Shown here piece by piece: positions 25,896 to 31,790 of a stretch of DNA of 31,790 nucleotides. The notes under the pieces are model-generated. The model ran no database searches. It was not told the origin of the DNA and saw only the letters and a program-made list of their open reading frames with translations. Location of the stretch: positions 1-31,790 of IMG/VR virus record IMGVR_UViG_3300025835_000022. The stretch is one strand, 5' to 3'. The stretch's first letter is position 1; every line of letters begins with the position of its first letter. This DNA comes from a virus (taxonomy: Duplodnaviria; Caudoviricetes). A program made the position numbers and the translations under genes.

Positions 25896-26600
25896 ATGAA
25901 TGATATACCCCAAAAAGAAAAAGGTTTTTTACAAATAACTTCAGGTAAAAAAGAAAATGATATTTTATCCGCTCTAATTTCTATGAGATTAAATGGAACT
26001 GAATATCAAATAATACTAACTGTTATTAGAAAAACATGGGGATGGAATAAAAAAGAAGATTGGATTTCTATTAGTCAATTTGAAAAAATAACAGGAAAAG
26101 ATAGAAGTTTTATTATAAAAACTATAGGTGGACTAGTGGACAAAAAACTACTAGTGAAGAAAAGTACACTAGGTAAGATAACTAAATTATCTATTCAGAA
26201 GGATATAACGCTCTGGGATATTAAACTAGTGGATAATACACCACTAGTGGACAAAAAACCACTTACTAGTGGACTTTTAGCGTCGCAACTAGTGGACAAA
26301 AAACCACCCACAATAAACACTATTACAAAAGATACTAATACAATTACTCCGCAAGCGGAGTTAGTTTTATATTTTTCTAATATTTTTAATAAAAGATTCA
26401 AAAAACCATATATGCCATTTAAGACAGATTATATAAATATGGCAAGTCTTACAAAAACATATCCTCTTGACAAAATAAAAACATATATTGAATGGTACAT
26501 TTATTGGAATAATTGGAAAACAAAATCAGGATATAATATTGGTCATTTTTACAAGAATATAAATTCTGTTACAAGTTCGGCATCACCGTATAGCTATTAA
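25896..26600 (+). CDS. Lambda-O-like replication initiator
   Basis: IILTVIRKTWGWNKKEDWISISQFEKITG matches the O-family N-terminus; internal iterons; upstream of the helicase. Confidence 0.85.
   Translation: MNDIPQKEKGFLQITSGKKENDILSALISMRLNGTEYQIILTVIRKTWGWNKKEDWISISQFEKITGKDRSFIIKTIGGLVDKKLLVKKSTLGKITKLSIQKDITLWDIKLVDNTPLVDKKPLTSGLLASQLVDKKPPTINTITKDTNTITPQAELVLYFSNIFNKRFKKPYMPFKTDYINMASLTKTYPLDKIKTYIEWYIYWNNWKTKSGYNIGHFYKNINSVTSSASPYSY
26132..26305 (+). repeat. Iterons of the replication origin (ACTAGTGGAC core)
   Basis: Copies start at 26132, 26150 (degenerate), 26225, 26243, 26265 and 26288; three read ACTAGTGGACAAAAAAC; AT-rich DNA follows. Confidence 0.85.
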
Positions 26601-26603
26601 AAT

Positions 26604-27779
26604 ATGGACACCCAATTACTTGAGGCTCAATTACTATTTTCAGTCATCTTTACTCCGGAATGGATTGACTTACTTACACTTGGAGAGGTTGATTTTACTT
26701 CATATAGACCTGTTTTTAATGCCATTATGAAGTTAAAAAGTGAGGGAAAGACTATTGATTATACCGCAGTCCAGGCTATTGAAAAAACAACAAAAGATAT
26801 GTCTGATATTGTATTAGGATCTGATAACACTGGAATGACAATAATTCCATTAAAAAGCATATTTGAAGAACGAGTTGAACTATTAAAAGAATTATCAGCC
26901 AAACGCCAAATTAAAGCTAATTTTGTAAACGAACTTGATCTTAATGTTCTTAAAGAACAACTTGAAAAAATATATAAAAAAGGTTCGTCCCGTTGGTTAA
27001 CTGGTGAGGATATTAAAAACCTTGCTTATGAGATATTAAAAGAGAAAAAAGAAAACACGGTCACCTATGGTCTATCAATTCTTGATAAGGCTACTAAAGG
27101 AATTTCCCCTGGAACTTATGTAATAATTGCAGGTCGTCCTTCAGTTGGAAAATCAGCCTATCTTCAATATATGGGATTAAAAAATGCTGAGAAAGGGAAG
27201 AAAGTATTGTTTGTATCGGCTGAGATGAGCGAAGAGATGATAATTAGCCGTATAATGACTACCTACGGTCCAGAAACTATCCCGTCTACATTTAATATTT
27301 TAATCGCAGGGGATACCGGAACGATTGAAGCTGAGATTAATAAAAAAGCCAGGGACTTTGATTTAATCCTTGTTGATTATATCCAGCTTCTTAAATCAAA
27401 AGGGCGTACAAAAGACCTATACGAGCGTGTTACTGAAATATCAGGCGACCTGAAGACTATGGCTACTAAATTCAATCTACCATTTATCTGTGCCTCTCAG
27501 TTTTCAAGAGCTGCCGAGGGCAATCAACCTAATATGGCTCATCTTAAAGAGTCAGGTGCTTTGGAACAAGATGCAGATGTAGTTATATCACTATGGAAAG
27601 ATAAAAAAGATGCTGATTTTACAATAGATAAAACACTTTCTAAGGTAAGACTTGATCTACTTAAAAACCGTAATGGCTGGACTTTTGCCAATAGCGACAC
27701 AAACGTCTATGCTGTTATGTTTAAGAAAAATGAATTTAGATTTTATGATGTAGATATGATAGAAAGGAGCGAAAAATGA
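26604..27779 (+). CDS. dnaB: DnaB-like replicative helicase
   Basis: IAGRPSVGKS, SAEMS, VDYIQL, SQFSR, LKESGALEQDAD and KNRNG motifs. Confidence 0.92.
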   Translation: MDTQLLEAQLLFSVIFTPEWIDLLTLGEVDFTSYRPVFNAIMKLKSEGKTIDYTAVQAIEKTTKDMSDIVLGSDNTGMTIIPLKSIFEERVELLKELSAKRQIKANFVNELDLNVLKEQLEKIYKKGSSRWLTGEDIKNLAYEILKEKKENTVTYGLSILDKATKGISPGTYVIIAGRPSVGKSAYLQYMGLKNAEKGKKVLFVSAEMSEEMIISRIMTTYGPETIPSTFNILIAGDTGTIEAEINKKARDFDLILVDYIQLLKSKGRTKDLYERVTEISGDLKTMATKFNLPFICASQFSRAAEGNQPNMAHLKESGALEQDADVVISLWKDKKDADFTIDKTLSKVRLDLLKNRNGWTFANSDTNVYAVMFKKNEFRFYDVDMIERSEK

Positions 27780-28052
27780 GAATCCAAAGAGTCGCCAGAT
27801 CGGTTTATCTGCTTTATGCCAATGCCAACATTATTAAGCGGATTAAGATGTTGGAAAAGTTAAAGGCAAAGATATTTAAAAAATAATATAACTAAAGAAG
27901 AATTGGCCGGTGCTAAAAGATTTCAGGATTGGATGGATCAAGAGGAAATAAGAATGAAAAACGAACCGGAAATAATAATGGAAGAAAAACATTTTACTAA
28001 ACCGTTTTTCAAAGAAAGACCAAAAATAGACCGTCAGTTACGGTTATTTTGA
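27776..28052 (+). pseudogene. Small gene apparently frameshifted at an A6 run; the restored 91-aa product ends in QLRLF
   Basis: ATGA-coupled to the helicase and stops at 27886; removing one A from TTTAAAAAAT (27875-27884) opens the frame to TGA at 28052. Confidence 0.45.
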
Positions 28053-28059
28053 AATACAC

Positions 28060-28089
28060 TTGACAAACTATTATAAACTGTTATATAAT
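28060..28089 (+). promoter_or_regulatory. Near-consensus sigma70 promoter
   Basis: TTGACA, 18-nt spacer, TATAAT. Confidence 0.75.
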
Positions 28090-28096
28090 TATATCG

Positions 28097-28529
28097 TTAT
28101 CAATTAACTTAAATAAAAGGGGGGTGAGAAATAATGACAAAAGAACAGGCATACAAAGAAATGTTAGAGAATAGCCGGGCGTTAGTTAGTCCAAAGTTTG
28201 CTGAAGAAATAGCGAAGGCATTCGGTCAAAATTTACAAACATTAAATATTATGGCAATGCCAACTAAATATTTTTATAGAGCTAATTTTTCAAAAGAGAC
28301 ACAAGATTTAAATAGTGTTTCAATAAATTTATTAGCGAGTCGTTTAGTAGAGAAGCTAACAAAAGAAGAAGCACCAAAAGGCATATTTCACGGGGCGGGC
28401 AGTAATGCTGAATGGATTACCGAAAAAAGTGTAGCAGTACTAAAAAGAGAAATAAAATAGTGTTTAGCTTATGCCTATTAGACTAAACCCTAATAGGCAG
28501 AAAGTTAGAAATTATCAATTAACTTAAAT
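28097..28529 (+). repeat. 18-bp direct repeat TTATCAATTAACTTAAAT flanking one gene and a hairpin
   Basis: Copies at 28097-28114 and 28512-28529. Confidence 0.85.
28134..28460 (+). CDS. Hypothetical protein, 108 aa
   Basis: SD-like GGGGGTG 7 nt before the ATG; first gene after the promoter. Confidence 0.75.
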   Translation: MTKEQAYKEMLENSRALVSPKFAEEIAKAFGQNLQTLNIMAMPTKYFYRANFSKETQDLNSVSINLLASRLVEKLTKEEAPKGIFHGAGSNAEWITEKSVAVLKREIK

Positions 28530-28530
28530 T

Positions 28531-28746
28531 ATGAACAATGAAGAAAAGAAACAATATCTGAAAAAGCAGTTATTGGATACGTTTAGTGTTCTTGTCGTAA
28601 ATAGCGAGGAAGATATCGCTCACGATTACGGATCAATGAATGATTTCTACGATGTAATTATTGATAGGGTTGAAGAGTTAAGAGAGTTAAGTAGTTATAA
28701 ATTATCTTCAAAGGAAGAAGAGCTTTTGAAGAAAGTTATTAAATAA
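28531..28746 (+). CDS. Hypothetical protein
   Basis: 71 aa, tightly packed in the operon. Confidence 0.65.
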   Translation: MNNEEKKQYLKKQLLDTFSVLVVNSEEDIAHDYGSMNDFYDVIIDRVEELRELSSYKLSSKEEELLKKVIK

Positions 28747-28747
28747 T

Positions 28748-28975
28748 ATGAACCTACTTAAAATAAAATGTTTCTACTGTAAAGATGAATTAACCGCCGG
28801 TGAACTTGATACGCATTATAGAAAACCGTATCTTAATCAATCTAAGCCTTGTTGCTATCAATGTTCGCAAAAATTACTTGATGATGTAAAACGAAAATAT
28901 CAAGAAAGTTTAAAAATAAAGAAAAACGAAGAGTTTTGCGATTATATCGAGGATCAAATGAGGTGTAGATTATGA
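28748..28975 (+). CDS. Small zinc-finger-like protein
   Basis: CFYC...CYQC. Confidence 0.65.
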   Translation: MNLLKIKCFYCKDELTAGELDTHYRKPYLNQSKPCCYQCSQKLLDDVKRKYQESLKIKKNEEFCDYIEDQMRCRL

Positions 28976-29166
28976 ATACTTATAGCACATGTTGTGGAAC
29001 TGGGGTAGACGTAGATAAACTAATTTGCCTTGATTGTAAAGAACATTGCGGAGTTGAATATGAGTGTGAAGAGTGTCATTCACTATCTGAAGAATTAGAG
29101 TTAAGATCAGATAATAAAAATGTTTGTAAAGGTTGTTATACGGAAACTATGGATAGTCAATTATAA
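28972..29166 (+). CDS. Small Cys-rich protein
   Basis: STCC, CLDCKEHC, CEEC and CKGC; ATGA overlap. Confidence 0.65.
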   Translation: MNTYSTCCGTGVDVDKLICLDCKEHCGVEYECEECHSLSEELELRSDNKNVCKGCYTETMDSQL

Positions 29167-29184
29167 ATTTTAATTTTTTTACCT

Positions 29185-29745
29185 ATGAACGATTTTTTAC
29201 CAGAGGGAACATCAATTCCCGCAGGACAGAGTAATTATATGAAATTGTCTGAACCTGAAAATAAGTTTAGAGTTTTGGGGAGTGCTATTACAGGGTTTGA
29301 GTTATGGGTTAAAGGAAAACCCGTAAGAAATAAGTCAAAGGATCAGTTTACGCCAGAGCAATTAGAAAATGCTGATATGAACAAATTTACTGGGAAAAAG
29401 AAAGTCCCTCAATATTTTTGGGCATTTCCAGTTTATAACTATCAAACCAAAAATATAGAAATTCTTGAACTAACACAAGTAACTGTTATGCGGGGAATTG
29501 ATGATTATCTGAAGGACGAAGATTATGGTGATCCTAAAAAATACGACCTAAATGTGATAAGAGATGAAGCGACTGATAGAGTGGAGTATCGAGTAAAAGC
29601 GAAACCGCCAAAAGCCATCTCTAAAGAGATAGAGGATCTTTATAGCACTATGTCTATAAACCTTAAAGCATTATACAAAGGTGAAGATCCATTCAAAAAA
29701 GAATTGAACGAGAATGTTGATCCTGATAGTGTGAAGTTAGATTAG
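29185..29745 (+). CDS. Putative phage single-stranded DNA-binding protein
   Basis: NYMKL...NKFRVL, FWAFPVYNY..ILELTQ and YGDPKKYDL...EY.V with an acidic tail; resembles phage OB-fold SSBs. Confidence 0.55.
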   Translation: MNDFLPEGTSIPAGQSNYMKLSEPENKFRVLGSAITGFELWVKGKPVRNKSKDQFTPEQLENADMNKFTGKKKVPQYFWAFPVYNYQTKNIEILELTQVTVMRGIDDYLKDEDYGDPKKYDLNVIRDEATDRVEYRVKAKPPKAISKEIEDLYSTMSINLKALYKGEDPFKKELNENVDPDSVKLD

Positions 29746-29801
29746 TTTTTAACCTGATCCATCAAACTCTTGATGGTGAGGGGTTAAAAAATATTAAAAT
29801 T

Positions 29802-30002
29802 ATGAAAAAAATAAAAATAGGAAATAAGACAATATTAAGTTATCAAGAATATTTACATAAAAAAATAACTTTAGAAGATTGGGCAGATGATTTTCTAAAA
29901 ATAATTGATAAGTCAAGTGTTGCTGAAACTATATTATTTTCTGATGTAAAAATGATGATAGATTTTATATCTGACCTTTTGAAGTTAAAAATTCAAAATT
30001 AA
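29802..30002 (+). CDS. Hypothetical protein
   Basis: 66-aa ORF in the operon. Confidence 0.55.
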   Translation: MKKIKIGNKTILSYQEYLHKKITLEDWADDFLKIIDKSSVAETILFSDVKMMIDFISDLLKLKIQN

Positions 30003-30006
30003 AATT

Positions 30007-30159
30007 ATGGATATACCTAAATGTCCCAAAACATTATCAGGAAAACATTATTTTAGTGAAGAAGTAGAATTTTTAAGAAAAGATAAAGTTTGGATAAAAA
30101 GACCACAATGTTGTCTGTGCAGAATTATTGATGATAGAAAGTTAAAAGTTAAAAAATAA
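30007..30159 (+). CDS. Small putative zinc-binding protein, 50 aa (not in ORF track)
   Basis: MDIPKCPKTLSGKHYF...QCCLCRIIDDRKLKVKK*; fills the gap exactly. Confidence 0.6.
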   Translation: MDIPKCPKTLSGKHYFSEEVEFLRKDKVWIKRPQCCLCRIIDDRKLKVKK

Positions 30160-30160
30160 T

Positions 30161-30736
30161 ATGAACTATTACCAAAGGTCAGCTAAAAAACTAAACACCG
30201 TTACTAAAATATTTATACTTTCGTTTCTTATTTTATCGGCCGGTTACTTGGTACAAAAGTTTTTTCAATACTGGAATTTTCAATCTCCCTTAACAATAAA
30301 AATCAGATCACCGTTAAAGCGTATTTATCTTTATGAAAATTCAAGAAGCATAGAACCACTACCTACTACCACTCCACGCAAGGACAAGCCATCAGGCGCT
30401 CATATTTTGCCGTCTTTGACACCGACACCGAAGTTGAAAACCGAAAGGGAAATAATAATGGCTCAAAAACACGGTGAGGTATTGTGGAAAATATATTTAC
30501 TTGAAACAAGTCGGGGAAAAAATGATTATTGCCGACCTAACGGTTATGGCGGGTTTGGTGTAATGAACGAGGGTAAGGTGGTTTGCTACGATACCTTTCA
30601 AATCGCTGTTGAAAGAGCAGAATATTGGCTAACTAAAAATGGGGTAGATAAGGATTTGGCGGTATCTTTATGTTTGTGGAACGAGGGGATAGCCAAAAAT
30701 GACTGTTCGTATTATAAAAATTATTTAACATTGTGA
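30161..30736 (+). CDS. Membrane-anchored protein with a lysozyme-like C-terminal domain
   Basis: TM helix IFILSFLILSAGYLV, P/T-rich linker, then IYLLETSRG...GFGV...LCLWNEG (candidate catalytic Glu). Confidence 0.55.
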   Translation: MNYYQRSAKKLNTVTKIFILSFLILSAGYLVQKFFQYWNFQSPLTIKIRSPLKRIYLYENSRSIEPLPTTTPRKDKPSGAHILPSLTPTPKLKTEREIIMAQKHGEVLWKIYLLETSRGKNDYCRPNGYGGFGVMNEGKVVCYDTFQIAVERAEYWLTKNGVDKDLAVSLCLWNEGIAKNDCSYYKNYLTL

Positions 30737-30846
30737 AATAGTGTTATTTATTAAGTGGAAAGAATACTATAAACAAAGATATATTTTAATAAATTTACAA
30801 ATTAATAGTTAATTTAAAACTAAATATATCCTATATAAAAATGGAG

Positions 30847-30875
30847 TGGACAAACAGAATATAACAGTTTATATT
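30847..30875 (+). promoter_or_regulatory. Sigma70-type promoter giving a near-leaderless HTH transcript
   Basis: TGGACA, 17-nt spacer, TATATT; ATG 8 nt downstream. Confidence 0.5.
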
Positions 30876-30883
30876 TTAATTAT

Positions 30884-31123
30884 ATGACAAAAACAACTGA
30901 GTGGGTAACAATTAAAGAGGCTTCAATTATCACAAAATTACACCCGCATAGCATTAGAAAATATATCAAGGAAGGTATCTTTGAAATAAACAAGCCCTTC
31001 ATAAAAGAGGGATCAAAGATAATGGTATCTAAGGATAGTTTGGTTAGAAAATATAGTTTACCGGCGTATGCGAGAAAAAATAATGAAGAAAGTATAAGAG
31101 TTAAAAAGTTAAAAAAACTATGA
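30884..31123 (+). CDS. Excisionase/MerR-like HTH DNA-binding protein
   Basis: WVTIKEAS..TKLHPHSIRKYIKEG. Confidence 0.8.
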   Translation: MTKTTEWVTIKEASIITKLHPHSIRKYIKEGIFEINKPFIKEGSKIMVSKDSLVRKYSLPAYARKNNEESIRVKKLKKL

Positions 31124-31194
31124 CCGAACTAATTACAATTCTCATAACCATTGGAGTAATAGTTTGGATAAATAGCTGGAGGTCGAAATATTAA
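31120..31194 (+). CDS. 24-aa single-TM peptide (not in ORF track)
   Basis: MTELITILITIGVIVWINSWRSKY*; ATGA overlap with the HTH gene. Confidence 0.4.
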   Translation: MTELITILITIGVIVWINSWRSKY

Positions 31195-31228
31195 CAGTTA
31201 GTAGCAAATATAAATTCAAAGTATTGAT

Positions 31229-31672
31229 ATGAAAAAGATATTAACCATAGAATTAGTTCCAAAAAATAATTGGTATATAAATGTCCGTTCTGAAGTTTCA
31301 AAAGAAGAATGGGATATTTTACGAAGAGAAAGTTACAGGGAAGCTAATTATGTTTGTGAAGTTTGTGGTGGTAAAGGGGAAAAACATCCTGTTGAATGTC
31401 ATGAAGTTTGGGATTATCAAGAAAAAAATCATATACAAAAACTGATTAGGTTAATTTCACTTTGTCCTCTTTGTCATAAGGTTAAACATATTGGTAGAAC
31501 ACAGGTAATGGGAGAATATGATATTGCCTTAAAACACTTAAGAAAAGTAAATAAGATGACTAAAAAGGAAGCGGAAAACTATATTAAAGAAGCATTCAAT
31601 TTATGGGGTAAAAGAAATAATTACGATTGGAAATTAGACTTAACTTTTCTCTCCCAAAAGGAGAATAAGTAA
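31229..31672 (+). CDS. HNH-family zinc-binding endonuclease-like protein
   Basis: W..LR...CEVCG...ECHEVW...LISLCPLCHKVKH. Confidence 0.8.
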   Translation: MKKILTIELVPKNNWYINVRSEVSKEEWDILRRESYREANYVCEVCGGKGEKHPVECHEVWDYQEKNHIQKLIRLISLCPLCHKVKHIGRTQVMGEYDIALKHLRKVNKMTKKEAENYIKEAFNLWGKRNNYDWKLDLTFLSQKENK

Positions 31673-31696
31673 TTATTAAGTTTATTAGATATAGGT

Positions 31697-31790
31697 ATGA
31701 AAAATGATGAATGTTCAAATTGTGGAAAGGAAGCAATAATTAAAATGAAATGCCATTTTTGTGATAATGGCGATAAATTATGTCAAGATT
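31697..31790 (+). CDS. Cys-rich protein, truncated by the window end
   Basis: MKNDECSNCGKEAIIKMKCHFCDNGDKLCQD... Confidence 0.55.
   Translation, partial: MKNDECSNCGKEAIIKMKCHFCDNGDKLCQD

Larger units (their letters stand above)
1..31790. mobile_element. Tailed dsDNA phage genome segment (podovirus-like); prophage or free phage cannot be determined
   Basis: Terminase, portal, scaffold, capsid, tail adaptor/nozzle/fibre, O-like initiator and DnaB helicase in two divergent arms. No host housekeeping genes, integrase or att site in the window. Confidence 0.95.

Noticed and set aside
26132-26305. Repeats as a possible CRISPR array
   Set aside because: Short, irregularly spaced, no unique spacers, and located inside an O-like initiator gene; they fit iterons.

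Overview
This AT-rich window is part of a tailed dsDNA phage (Caudoviricetes) with podovirus-like virion genes and standard genetic code 11. Most genes have no Shine-Dalgarno sequence, which suggests a Patescibacteria/CPR-type host (inference only). The minus-strand late arm (25453->1) encodes a probable small terminase, a large terminase split into an intein-containing ATPase gene and a separate nuclease gene, a tandem YezD/DUF2292-like protein, portal, scaffold, an inserted PD-(D/E)xK nuclease, an N4-gp56-type major capsid protein, a four-gene glycosyltransferase cluster, two probable ejection proteins (one of 1644 aa with GNAT-like and HNH modules), tail adaptor, nozzle and tail fibre. The plus-strand arm encodes a lambda-O-like initiator with internal iterons, a DnaB-like helicase, an SSB-like protein, a membrane-anchored lysozyme-like protein, an excisionase-like HTH protein and an HNH protein. 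Two observations stand out. (1) Three promoter > small hairpin > intrinsic terminator leaders sit directly ahead of the head, ejection and tail modules, implying an antitermination switch; the DUF2292-like protein is a candidate regulator. (2) A nuclease gene flanked by ~35-bp inverted repeats that are also promoters is inserted between the apparent capsid Shine-Dalgarno and the capsid start codon. All family calls come from motif recognition by eye; no database searches were run.
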